NCBI GenBank assembly: GCA_950097015.1 | Contig: CATNEN010000038.1 | Location: 32,612,001-32,676,000 of the forward strand | Source: Macrostomum hystrix | Taxonomy: Eukaryota; Animalia; Platyhelminthes | DNA: 64,000 nt | Reading direction: 5' to 3' | Part shown: piece after piece, positions 50,987-63,169 of the stretch | Position numbering within the stretch: the stretch's first letter is position 1 | How the letters are laid out: every line of letters starts with the position of its first letter | Made by a program: the position numbers and the translations under genes | Notes under the pieces: model-generated | Told to the model about the DNA's origin: nothing | Database searches by the model: none | The model's input: the letters and a program-made list of their open reading frames with translations, nothing else

Positions 50987-52719
50987 TCAATTCTGCTGCT
51001 GCTTCTGCGGCGGAGCCAGTCGGACCGAGGCAAGCAGCAGTGTACAGGCGACTGCTAGAGCGATGACAAACACGCCAGTCTTCTTTGTGACAGCCAGATC
51101 GAAACCGTAGCCAAGGTCGTAGCACAGATGCCTGATGCCGTTGATCAAGTGATAAACTGGCAGGAAACAGACGACGCTTTTAACGCCGAACACAACGGGA
51201 TAGCCTAGCTGGGTGCTGCGCGCCAGCTCCACCAGTTTAGACCAATTGCCGGCTGCCCAGAAACCTGCGCGCCAATCAGGTAAGCCTGTCAGTTCTACTG
51301 CGTGCAGTTGAAGATGCTAGCCTTAAGAGATACTGCCCTGCACAGCGTATATTAGTTGATCTTTCACATTAACTGCTCCACCCTTTTCATGAATTTAGCT
51401 GCTAAAAATTTTTAGGAAAATCAGCTGCTAGCTTCACCCGATCCTTCAGGGACATCAGCTGCTAGCCTCACCCAAACCTTCAGTGACATCAGCTGCTAGC
51501 CTCCCCCCAATCCTTCAGGGAAATCAGCTGCTAGCCTCACCCAATCCTTCAGGGACATCAGCTGCTAGCCTCCCCCCAATCCTTCAGGGAAATCAGCTGC
51601 TAGCCTCACCCAATCCTTCAGGGACATCAGCTGCTAGCCTCACCCAAACCTTCAGTGACATCAGCTGCTAGCCTCCCCCCAATCCTTCAGGGAAATCAGC
51701 TGCTAGCCTCACCCAATCCTTCAGTGACATCAGCTGCTAGCCTCCCCCAATCCTTCAGGGAATTCAGCTGCTAGCTTTACCCAATCCTTCAGGGAAATCA
51801 GCTGCTAGCCTCACCCCATCCTTCAGTGACATCAGCTGCTAGCCTCCCCCAATCCTTCAGGGAATTCAGCTGCTAGCTTTACCCAATCCTTCAGGGACAT
51901 CAGCTGCTAGCTTCCCCCCAATCCTTCAGGGACATCAGCTGCTAGCCTCACCCAATCCTTCAGGGACATCAGCTGCTAGCTTCCCCCCAATCCTTCAGGG
52001 ACATCAGCTGCTAGCCTCACCCAATCCTTCAGGGACATCAGCTGCTAGCCTCACCCAATCCTTCAGGGACATCAGCTGCTAGGCTCCCCCAATCCTTCAG
52101 GGAATTCAGCTGCTAGCTTTACACAATCCTTCAGGGAAATCAGCTGCTAGCTTTACCCCATCCTTCAGGGAAATCAGCTGCTAGCCTCACCCAATCCTTC
52201 AGGGAATTCAGCTGCTAGCTTTACACAATCCTTCAGGGAAATCAGCTGCTAGCTTTACCCAATCCTTCAGGGAAATCAGCTGCTAGCTTCACCCCATCCT
52301 TCAGGGAAATCAGCTGCTAGCCTCACCCAATCCTTCAGGGACATCAGCTGCTAGCTTCCCCCCAATCCTTCAGGGACATCAGCTCTTCTAGCTTCCCCTA
52401 GTCCCCAGTGCTCAAGGGCATACTTACCCGCAACGCCAATCACTGGCCAGGCCAGGCCCATTGCAATGCCAGAGACGCGATGAATTAGAGACGTTATCAT
52501 GGTGATGCTATTGCCATAGATTGTCAGGTGTGGACTCCACGGTCGCTTAAGCTTGCGATTTTTCTCCCAGAACTGCTCCATTTCGCGCTTAGCAACCTGG
52601 CGGATCTCATTGGTTGACTGGCTGCACAGCCGACGGGTGACAGCGCCACGCAGGGCAGCTGGCGAGCCGCATAGCAATAGCCTAGTAACCATAGGTTGAC
52701 AAGCCTGAATGGCAGCCAT
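50987..52719 (-). CDS. SDHC: Succinate dehydrogenase cytochrome b560 subunit; exons 52719-52428, 51264-50987
   Basis: Mitochondrial presequence, RPWSPHLTIY, SLIHRVSG, YHLINGIRHLCYDLGYG; phase-1 intron. Confidence 0.95.
51415..52398. repeat. ~34-bp minisatellite in the SDHC intron
   Basis: CAGCTGCTAGCCTCACCCAATCCTTCAGGGACAT tandem. Confidence 0.95.
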
Positions 52720-55518
52720 GTAGCTAGAAGTGAAATGTAATTACTAATCGAAGCTATTTCTCTTAATACTCATTGTGTAGATATTACACTTTCAGTTAAT
52801 TTGACTAGTAAATCACAGCCCATAAAGTTCAGCTATATAAAGATTGGAGCAGGCAAAACAGAAAAGACAGGGAGGTGATAATTAGACCAAAGACATTTTG
52901 TAAAATGTAATGTTATAATTAAACCCCATTAAAGAAAAAAGTAGCAGAAAAGAGAAAATTAAAACTGCCGTTAGTTTTGCCCTCTTTTGATGATTATTAA
53001 ATCTGCAACTTTGTTTTCAGTCATCTCCTTATCTGCAACTTAGTTTTTTCTCTATTTAAACCTAAAAACATGTATTTTTGGTCAAATTTTCATATCCTTG
53101 TAATTTTTTTCTTCTCTCTTCTTTCTCCTTTCTTCACTATTAGCATTCCTCTCATACATGCGCAACCTCCCAAATCTTAGCCAGCCGTGCGACTTAGTTT
53201 TTGCTCTCATTTGCGACTTAGTTTGTTTCATTGCTCTATTTACGACTTAGTTTGCTCTCATTTGCTCTCTTTTTCTCTCCCCTTTTTCCTTTTCTTCACG
53301 CCTTCCTTTTTGTCCCTTGGTCCCCCCTTTGATTTTTTTGCGCTTGGTTGATTGGTTTTTGCAACTTACCTTGCTTGGCCCTCGCTTCACCTGGCCGGTT
53401 CGGCCAGGTTGGCCGGGTGTTGTGCATGTATGATTCCTATGCATTTCTATCTTTTCTTTGTGCTTTCTTCTTTCTCTCTTTATACCTTGGTCCCCACATT
53501 TTGCCTTTGGTCATGGTTTCATTCTTGTGAATTACTGTGCTTAGCCCTCATTTAACCCAGCTGATTCAGCCAGGTTGTCTAGGCCTTGTGCATAGTATGT
53601 TAGTACATTTACACATGGAAAAGAATCCCCTCATGAATAAAGTAGCTTTGATAAATGTAGGTTTTTTTCTCTTTAGGCAATAAAAATATCAACTAAATAA
53701 GGAAAATAAGTTCTAATGATTCTGAGTGCCATAGTTTGGATCATACTAGGAAAACACATTTGGAAGGCCAACAAAACTTTCTTAATTGTTACTATTAGTC
53801 CATTAGTTCAACATATGCATTTAAGCTACCCTGAGCAGTGAGCACAAAGTGTACACGCCAAGAATTCAATATGAGGCAAATGTACACTAACCATGCATGC
53901 CAAATTGGGTAGGCAACACTAATATATGTCTAATTTTTTCAACAGTATACTACATGGTAAAGACAATGTTTGGATTAAAACAATTAATAATATTGTATCA
54001 TTGAATAGCTTTGTATAAAAACATAAGTTGAACTTAAACATACAAATAATTTTTTTAGATTGTTTTTTAAATTTGCATTTACAAACAAATTTTTGTGTTT
54101 TTACAGACTTCCAAATTAAAGTTTGTAACAGGGCTTGTCTCTCTACTTTTCTCTCTAATGGTAGTGTATCACTCGGCACGAGCGGTTTAACCTTCTAAGG
54201 CACTGGCTTACTATTCTCCAGTCTTTGCTGGGCGTTTTCTGTGGATCAGAGGGTCACAGCCTCAAATAACCAACTCAACACTTTTCTTCTTCAGTAATAG
54301 CTTATTGGCTTTTCGCCACACTGGCACATTGATTTGTCTCAACTGAATTACACTCGTTTATATACACAAAAGAAAATGTTTGTGAAAGTAAAAGAATTTG
54401 ACAAAATATTTTACATATAAAAATATTTAGTGCATTCAAACAAAAAGCATAGGCACGAATTTGACTTTAAAGAAATAATAAAAGCATCCCTACTAGGCCT
54501 ACAAGTTAGCTTTGTTTCTTGATATTTAATAAAAAATATTCGAACATCAGCAAAAAATTCTTCATAGTAGTGATGATCCAAAAGAGATTTTTTCTGGTGA
54601 AATCTAAGGCAAAATAAAAAATTACAAGTTTCTGAAATCTAATTGAAATATACTATGCTAGGCCCTAGTATGTTATAAATGTAGCTTTTGATAAAAAAAT
54701 TAAATCTAAACCAGAAAGCTCGATGAAAATATTGAATACAAAAAGTAGCTAGCTTAGCTTGCTACAGTTTTGCTAATGTGGTAGCACTAGGAACAATAAT
54801 TTAGTCTTAGGCCTACTTAACTTAGCTAGTTTAGTTAAATAATTTTGTTACCAGTTGCCAGTCAGTGCTTTTTGGTTAAGCTTAGGAAGTGCTGTTCAGT
54901 ACTGTGGTTAGTATAGGCCTTAGTCTATGGATGTGCGTGTATGTGGTTCCCTGTTCCCATTGGTTTGGATAGGCGGTTGGTTGAATACAAACCCCGAAAC
55001 AAAACGGACCGCAACTTTACGGTGTTTACACCGACTAATTAGCGGTACTACCCTAAGCATTTGATATTGTATTGCCTACGACACATAAAAAGGAAAGTGT
55101 ACAGTAAAAATATACTTTTAAGAAGACAAAAATAGCTGTTCACGATTCATTAACATCACCGGTCTGGTCAGCTTAAAGTTGAAACGGGTACCGGATAAAA
55201 CGCGGAAACGGACGCGGATCCGGACCGGATGCGTCGGATAAAACGCGGAATGCGGAAATAGTTAGTAAAACGCGGATTGCGGAAACGGATGCGGATGCGG
55301 AACGGAAATAATTGATAAAAAGCGGATAACGAATGGCAGAAAGGGATAAAAAACGAGTTACATCGGATACTAGCTATTAGTCAGACACTTTAAACTGTTG
55401 TTTAAAAGTTTCATTCTAGTTTTGGCTATTTATTTAAAAAAAATTTTATTTTGCGTTTTTATTTTTATTACATTTTTCCCTATTGGCTATTGTGCTTCTT
55501 GGGTATAGTCATTTTGCG

Positions 55519-55692
55519 CAGGGGCGTAGCCAGGATTTTTTTGGGGGGATATCAGTTTTGGTTCTATCCAGCGTATCCAGAATAAAAAACAATTAATTAA
55601 ATTCTTTCGAAGAAACTGAATGTGAAAAATTTGAGACATCAAATTTTGGGTGTATCGGCCGATACACCGATACCACCATCGCTACGCCACTG
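55519..55692. mobile_element. hAT-type MITE
   Basis: TIR CAGGGGCGTAGC / GCTACGCCACTG; 8-bp TSD ATTTTGCG / ATTTTACG. Confidence 0.8.
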
Positions 55693-56186
55693 ATTTTACG
55701 CTCCAAATAAACTTCTTAAAAATTACTTTACAAATGAACTTTTTGTAAATTCAAAAACACGAATGTTGTTACCCTACTCTCCTTGCATGGATAAATCATG
55801 GATGAAGCATCCATGATGCCATGTATGGATCATACCTGAACATGTATGGAGCCATACCTGATCATACATGGTTCCACGTAAACTTCATCCATGGTTACTT
55901 TCCATCCATGTACATTGATGTATGATTTTAAATATAATTTTCCTTACTACACTACTGTTAGTAGAACGCAATGTTTGCGTAGGTTCATTTTAAAGCTGAA
56001 ATTTTCTAAACAAATTCGGCAGCATCTTTAGTGCTGCTGAGAAATATGTTTCCATTCCCTTATAAATCACTTTCAAAACAAAAAAGTATCAGAACAAATA
56101 CTTATGCAATTAAATGTAGAAGTAATTGAAAACTCGTATGATGACCATTTCGAGACTTATATTATTAATGATAATTAGGCATAATT

Positions 56187-56589
56187 CATTTCAAAGTACT
56201 GTAAGAAAAAATAAGACAGCTCAGTCTCAGAGAGCTTTAAAATACAGAATGGACAGAATTTGACGCATTTCAAGGTACTGTAAGAAAAAATAAGACAGCT
56301 CAGAGAGCTTTAAAATACAGAATAGACAGAATTTGACGCATTTCAAGGTACTGTAAGAAAAAATAAAACAGCTCAGAGAGCTTTAAAATACAGAATAGAC
56401 AGAATTTGACGCATTTCAAGGTACTGTAAGAAAAAATAAAACAGCTCAGAGAGCTTTAAAATACAGAATAGACAGAATTTGACGCATTTCAAGGTACTGT
56501 AAGAAAAATAAAACAGCTCAGAGAGCTTTAAGATACAGAATAGACAGAATTTGACGCATTTCAAGGTACTGTAAGAAAAAATAAAACAG
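56187..56589. repeat. 73-bp tandem repeat inside the transposon
   Basis: About 5.5 copies starting CATTTCAAGGTACTGTAAG. Confidence 0.92.
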
Positions 56590-56918
56590 TAAATTTTACT
56601 GAACAGTCAATAAATAGAATTAGCCGAATTCGGTACGCATTAAGGGCAAGGGCCGACTAATCCTTTACGAAACGAAGTTAATGCTGCATTAGTCAATTAT
56701 TTGCGCACAGAAACTTGGAGATTTTGAATATGGAGAGATCGGACAAAGAGAGGTAACGGTGGGAGTCTGAGAGGGAGGAAGTTGGGCATCTGGAAAGTTA
56801 TTCTGATTCCCTGATGGTTTTATCTTGGTCATGGAGCATAATTTTATTTTCTGCCAGACTTTGCAGCATTAATAATAAAATAATCGGATCTAAGGTACGG
56901 ACACATACTCGTACCTTT

Positions 56919-59219
56919 TTAATCATGTTCAAACTCTTTGAACAATGGCACAGCGCAATAACAGTCTTTGCTGAACGATTCTACTGGAACAGCGATGCAG
57001 GGTCGATCGACCTCTGAAAAATTAACTATACGTTCGCGTCTGGCCGATCTGGGCGCATTAGACAGGGATATCAATACAAAATTGAATGTCGAAGACTTTT
57101 TGAACATGGATTCCAGCAATGCTTTCCAATTAAGTAAATCGATGGGGAAAGTTGCTGCTGGTACTCGTAAAACAAAATCAAACAGCGAACCAATGGGATC
57201 CAAAATTTGCACTCGAATAGTATTAGGCTCGAGGAACTCTGCAATAGTGCAGATTTCGCCGGACTTCAATTGGCAAAGATGGTTAGAATTTTTCGACGCA
57301 CAAGCTGAGCTTGTCGAGAAAAAATGTCCATTAAAATAAGCAAGTGAGTTTCGAAGAATACCATGTGGCCTGGATGGCTCTAAAGATATAGAGTTAACTG
57401 CATCCACTACAATAGAGTCCTTAACACAAGAAAAGTAGTGATGTAGCAACTTTTGAAACAAAAACTTGCGAACAAGCTGTGGGCCAAATGACACAGTTCC
57501 GCATAAGAACTTTTTGAACATGCCAATGGAGCTCTCAAATGCGAACATAGAATAATTAAATACAGGTCCGTACAATTCGTACTGTTCAGCCATATGCAAA
57601 AGCAGGTGGAAATTAAGGCGGAGTACTTTCGGTCCGAATATTTGCTGAGCATTGGAGATAAAAGCTTTGCATAGCTTTTCGATATCAGTCTTATTTGATT
57701 GGGGGCTATACAACATGTGATAAATAAGAACTAAATTAGTTAACAGCAGTTTCAATGGAAAATGCGAAATTCTCTGCAAAAACGTAGGAAGAAGAAAGTA
57801 TAGCGCAAAGTTTTTAAAATGCTTTGCTTTCCAATCTGAAAAGCCTTTAAAATTTGTGTTGATTGTGATGCTAGAAGGAGTTATAGATTGACGAATACAA
57901 TTAGATATGAAATCCATGCAATTAGCTGAGCAAAAATACAACTCGCGCCTGTTTGCAGGTAATGACAGCTCTTCTAGTAGATACTTGGTGTGGCCTTCGA
58001 AAAAGCAGTGTAAACTGTCAATAGGATTGCAGCTGGGAAACGGAACATAGTCTAACAAGCAACTGCGCATCTTTACGCCAAAAACAGGCCGATTTCGAAT
58101 TTGTGCGAGCCGACAGTGTTCAAGATGGGAAGATGGGTTTCTCAAAGGAAACAAGTAGCCTTCACCATAGCGGAAGATCCAGTTTTTACCTTTCTCGGAT
58201 ACTTTAAAGCTCTCACCTGGGTGCAAGCACCTAGGACAGCTAAACGCACCATTGTACTGGTGAATGCAGAAGAGCTTAGCAAGAGCGGGCAAGTCACAAA
58301 CAAAGAGTGTGTAATGGACATGAACGGTGTATTCCGAGAATATAAACTGTTTTGGCAAATTGTTCATAATTTCAGACAGAAAAGACTGGAAATGCGGGAC
58401 TGCCTTCGATGAAACAAGAGCAATTAGAATTAAATTTGCAAAGCGTTGACGGATGTAAACAGGAAGGTTTAGAAGTTGAGCCTGAAATGGCCAAAAGCTA
58501 CTCTGAACAGATTCAAAAAAATTGGCGCCATCAGCTGAGATTAGAAGATGCAAGTGAAGCGACTTGCCAGAAGATAGGCTTAAGCCTTGTTCTTTAACTA
58601 TTTTGGAATTCAAAACGTCTGTGTTTTTATCCTTTTGCAATTCTTGCTCATACTGCAGAATAGTTGAAGTGTGGCTGCTTAAGATAGTCCGCAGCTGTGG
58701 AACAATATTGAGCTGTGTCACAGCAACATTTGACTTTGGGGAATGAACCTGACACTGGCTTTTGCATTCTGGGCAAAAGCCAAATTCAGACACGTCACTA
58801 TCATCAAGAGGGCAAGTATCTTGAATCAATGATTTGAGCAACTTGACGCTATTTGGAAGAGCTAGAGAATCTCTACTAAAAATAGAAAGTAGCTTCAGGA
58901 GTCTATCAAGAGCAGCCTCTGAAACTCCGGAAGTAATTGCCCACTGAAAAATCAGAGCCGCCTGCACACTGGGATCTGAGATGGAAGCCAAATTCGCTAA
59001 GCTATCTGAACTCTCCTCAAGCACAGGCACAGCATTGTTTTCACCAATAAAAGTTTCCACAGCGTCAGGACAGCTGTGCGAGTGCGTTACACCGGCTTCG
59101 CTTGAAATTGAACTCCTATTACTTGTAGAAAAACTATTTGAGGGAGAAGAAATCGCCTGACAAGAGTAGGCTGAGTAATTAGTAGAAAGAGAGTGCTCAG
59201 ATTCTGATTTACTAGACAT
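56919..59219 (-). CDS. CACTA/EnSpm-type DDE transposase (766 aa, uninterrupted)
   Basis: Motifs SADG..SFWP, CDLPA..NGAFSCPRC, IDSLHCFFEG, NFHLLLH..YGP..SMFAFES. Confidence 0.92.
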   Translation of the reverse strand: MSSKSESEHSLSTNYSAYSCQAISSPSNSFSTSNRSSISSEAGVTHSHSCPDAVETFIGENNAVPVLEESSDSLANLASISDPSVQAALIFQWAITSGVSEAALDRLLKLLSIFSRDSLALPNSVKLLKSLIQDTCPLDDSDVSEFGFCPECKSQCQVHSPKSNVAVTQLNIVPQLRTILSSHTSTILQYEQELQKDKNTDVLNSKIVKEQGLSLSSGKSLHLHLLISADGANFFESVQSSFWPFQAQLLNLPVYIRQRFANLILIALVSSKAVPHFQSFLSEIMNNLPKQFIFSEYTVHVHYTLFVCDLPALAKLFCIHQYNGAFSCPRCLHPGESFKVSEKGKNWIFRYGEGYLFPLRNPSSHLEHCRLAQIRNRPVFGVKMRSCLLDYVPFPSCNPIDSLHCFFEGHTKYLLEELSLPANRRELYFCSANCMDFISNCIRQSITPSSITINTNFKGFSDWKAKHFKNFALYFLLPTFLQRISHFPLKLLLTNLVLIYHMLYSPQSNKTDIEKLCKAFISNAQQIFGPKVLRLNFHLLLHMAEQYELYGPVFNYSMFAFESSIGMFKKFLCGTVSFGPQLVRKFLFQKLLHHYFSCVKDSIVVDAVNSISLEPSRPHGILRNSLAYFNGHFFSTSSACASKNSNHLCQLKSGEICTIAEFLEPNTIRVQILDPIGSLFDFVLRVPAATFPIDLLNWKALLESMFKKSSTFNFVLISLSNAPRSARRERIVNFSEVDRPCIAVPVESFSKDCYCAVPLFKEFEHD

Positions 59220-59268
59220 AAAAATAGCAATTCAAATATTCAAAAGTTACTAGAATTTTTTCCGCAAT

Positions 59269-61219
59269 TCACGGTCCCATTCGCCTTGAGCGGGAAATGG
59301 AATCCCCTGACTCGGGTCCAGAAGCAGCAGTTGAAGTTCGCTTTCTCGCCCGTGTCTCCTCCCTGGCCAGCTGATTGAGATGGTCTCGTACAGACTTCCA
59401 GATTTCGTGGAAGTCGTAGCCAGATGTTCGATAGCACAATTGAAGCAAACCTGAAAATTCACGAGTATAGTAAAATATTTTTACAATAGACATTGTGTAC
59501 TGTGTTTATAGTAGAAATAGGCTAAATTTAAAAGGAAGTTGATTTATGATGCTAATCATTAAATAGGTCAATGGGATGTATTGAACTTTAGAACTATTTT
59601 TCCTCAATTTCTTTTATCTCAGACCTAAATGTGTTTTTTTAGAAAATATCCCAAGTATTGGATTCAGATCATTTAGCATTAATTAGCCTAAATTGCTTTA
59701 TAATAAAAAAATTGCACAAAACTGTGAAAAAATTATATATATATATTTACGTTGAAACTCTGTCACATGCTCAGATGGAGCAGGCCTTCGGGAACTGCGA
59801 GCACCACAGGATGAATCGATTATATGCTCAAGCAAGTAGCCTTCGCCAAATCGCAGCTTGATATACCTTCGGAGGAACACCTTAGGATCGTTGCAAAGAA
59901 TTGAAGACAGCTCAGCTAGGGAACCATCAATGCACCTAAATTCCTAAAAAATGTTATTATATAGTAGAACTTTTATACTACAGACGTGATGCTGCTGATG
60001 CTAAGAAAAAACTGACATACCTCATTTTGGTATTCTTTAATTGTTAGCATTCCACCAAAGTTGTCATCCTTTTTTAAAAGTCGGCATATCCTTGCAGCAA
60101 GACGCTTCTCAAGAGAAAGCAACTCGGATTGAATGAACAGTTTTAGATCTAGAGTAAGATATATGCTCATATATAAAAATATGGTGATTTTGATTTTTAA
60201 TAATGTGATTGTATCATATTAAAAAAATAAAATTATACCTTTCATTGTTGCATCCGATTCACTGTTTACTATCTGTACCCCTCGGAGGGGTTGCACTTCT
60301 TGAATTGCACCTAGTGATAAAAAAGGCTTATTGCTACAAAAATATTGACTCATTTGGTATTTGGTTTTCAATTAGGTGTAATAGAATATACAAACTTGAT
60401 TCCAAGAGGCCTGTGGCACGAGCTTGCTCATTTTCAACCAAAGATGCCTCTCTCTCAAATGCAGAAATGGCTTTTTCTAAAAAATAATAATTAATCAAAT
60501 AATACAACAAAAAAAACAAATTGCAAACAATTAATAGTTCATATATATTGCAGTTTTACCCATTGATTGAGTAGCTGGTATCGCCAAATTTGGTTCGCCA
60601 CTTTCACTATCCACTTCATAAAGCTCGTCAAGTAGTCCATGCTGATGACAACTAGAACTTGAAGCAACCTGCTTTGAACTAGATGACCTTATTGTCCTTA
60701 CATTTGCAATGCCAGCTTGGGGATCTTTCATTGCAAAAAGCTCAATAGCTTGGCTAATCAATGAATCAGTATTTTCAGCCTCACTAACCAAGTTGGAAAG
60801 TTGGTTCATAGTTGAAGCCATTTGCCTTTCACTACCTTTTGCCACAAGTGTAGCAGAAAATAGTTTGCCATACATGCGTAAAAAGACTTTAGTCCCCTAA
60901 AATATAATTTAATAAAGTAATATTACATTTGTAGTTGGAATAATTTGTTTTAGAAACCATGTACTCAATAACAAAATATTATGCATATAAATCCAACTTA
61001 AAATCTTACTTGTGCAAGTTCCAACTTTTCATCATTAGTTATTGTACTTGGCCAATAGGGAGACCCAAATGCAATGGTCACATATTGCTCATCATGGCCA
61101 ACATTGTGAAGAATAAAGCAGAAAAACAATGCTGAATTGTCATTTCCAAATTTAGAAGTACTTTTTGTCTGCTTTCGAAGAGGCCTAGAATTAGATGCAC
61201 TTAATCCAATATCATCCAT
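59269..61219 (-). CDS. Transposon accessory protein with a C-terminal BEN-like domain (~400 aa); exons 61219-61010, 60896-60560, 60476-60396, 60310-60239, 60148-60021, 59943-59751, 59450-59269
   Basis: Seven exons join in frame (1203 nt) via GT-AG introns; C-terminus FLRRYIKLRFGEGYLLEH..G..RRPAP..FQRLLQLCY..IWKSVRDHLNQLAR fits the BEN pattern. Confidence 0.75.
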
Positions 61220-63169
61220 AACAATTTCTTCTGAAAAAGTTTCACAAGGAGATAAGGTTTGAAGAATCAATCAAGAGGCCAATGACAAACCAATTAGAAT
61301 TGTATATAAAAAAATTTAATGTAGGGACCCTAGGCCCCTATGATTTTAAATAAAAATTATAATATAAGGCCTAGGCCCTATATATAGGCCTATAATTATA
61401 AAGTTGTGCCATTGTGGATTTTCTGATACAAAGTAGACAATATTAGGCCTAATTGGGCCTAGTCTAGTCTAGTTTTGATTATAGACTGTATATTAGATAC
61501 AAAGGACATGAAAGGTCTCGAAATTAAGTACCAATTACCATAATATACTATTATTTTTTATTATTTTGAAACTGTCAGCCTACCATGTGATTTTTATCAT
61601 TAGGCTATGGCCTAGGTCTAGGATGCCACTTTAGACTAGGCCTTTGGCTTTGGTTAGGCCAACCTATCATTATAAAAATGCAGCAAAATATCATTCAAAA
61701 ATATACATCTAACCCCTATAGGTTATCTTTGCATCCCAAATATAATATATAATAGGGTTTCTATTTTCTAATATATCTACAAATACAATTTTCACTGAAG
61801 GAGTGAAGATCAAAATTAGCATGTCAAAAAACCTTACAAGCCACCGAATTTTAAAACTAGCTACCAAAAGTGGAACTGGAAGTATATAGCTAAGAAAAAA
61901 CATAAACATAAACATAGCACATAGTGACACATAATGAAATGATGACAACATGCAAGAGTGACAGAGTCCTCTTAGAAAGGAAAAATAGGCCTAGTAATTT
62001 ATGTTTATGGGAAGTTAAGTCCGTAATTAACTAAACCGAAACAAAATGGCCAACAAAATTGCTGGTAATATATTCAAAGCAATTTGTAGGTGAAGATTTT
62101 AACAAATTTATTAAACTATTTTTTGTATTTACAATTTCGCTTTTATTAAATATATTTAAAACTTTATTAGATATACATAAAATAGCCTGAAATTTTTTAT
62201 AAGCTTAGTTATTTATTTTCCCGTATGAACTCCCTGACATGGATGATTTTACCATGGAAAGTTTTAAAAATCCATGCATGAAAATACCATGAACATGCAT
62301 GATTTATCAATGGATCATGGATCATAGATGATTTATCCATGATAAGAGAGTAGGGTACGCCTTCTATCTGTCGTTGCATAGTCATAGATACCGGGACAGG
62401 TAAACCGGTCCAACCAGCTAGTCGGAGAAAACCCCATACTCAATCCCACGTCAGTAAGTAGCTTGCGCTGAGCTCGGCACGTCTGGCCAACTGCTGACGG
62501 AGTGTTAGACAGGGATTGGCAAGCACGGAAGTACTCTCCATCTCGCCGACAATCATCGTTGGGACGCCGTCGAATTGACATTTGGTGTGGCACGATAGAA
62601 CTATCGTCGTGCCATAGTGCGGAAGTGCTTGCTGGTCGCCTCGGTTTCAGACTAGGGACTTTGGGTTAGGTTTTCGTGTTATTGGGCCTCGTAATTTGTC
62701 TTGTTTTTTTATAGGGACTATCTGCTTTTTGTCCAGGAGTTATTTGTGTTAACCGTTGTGGTTATTTCGGTGAGTTCTTGTCATTGTCCAGAGCGTTTTC
62801 GAGTTGAGATCGAGTTATCGTGATTTCGTTATTATCGAGTAGAGTTCGCGTTGTTATTCTTGTGTTGAGGTTATTGAGATTTTGTTTAGTAAATTACCAG
62901 TAAGTTGTTGTGAATTGTGAATTGTTATATTTAATTTTGAGTACAGTATCTGGCAGGGGACGGAAAAAGCACTGCCAGGGGAATTAATTTTTCATAGCCT
63001 TCTCTTATTAACTAATTAATAACTAATTAACACTTAAATATCAGCTGCTTAGCTTGGACTTTTGAATCGTCTTGTCTTCGTTATTTTCGAGTTACGGCAA
63101 TAGAATCTCTCGCAAAGAGTAGGGCACCCGACCTCATTTAGGACCTCAACGCAAAAAGACCTAAGTAAA

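Larger units (their letters stand above)
55772..62355 (-). mobile_element. Full-length CACTA/EnSpm (CMC) DNA transposon, ~6.6 kb
   Basis: TIRs CCCTACTCTC..CATGGATAAATCAT at both ends, TA on both flanks, CATG-rich subterminal repeats, transposase plus second gene. Confidence 0.9.

Noticed and set aside
29771-52719. NDUFA7 and SDHC as a respiratory gene cluster
   Set aside because: About 18 kb apart with unrelated genes between; no evidence of linkage beyond chance
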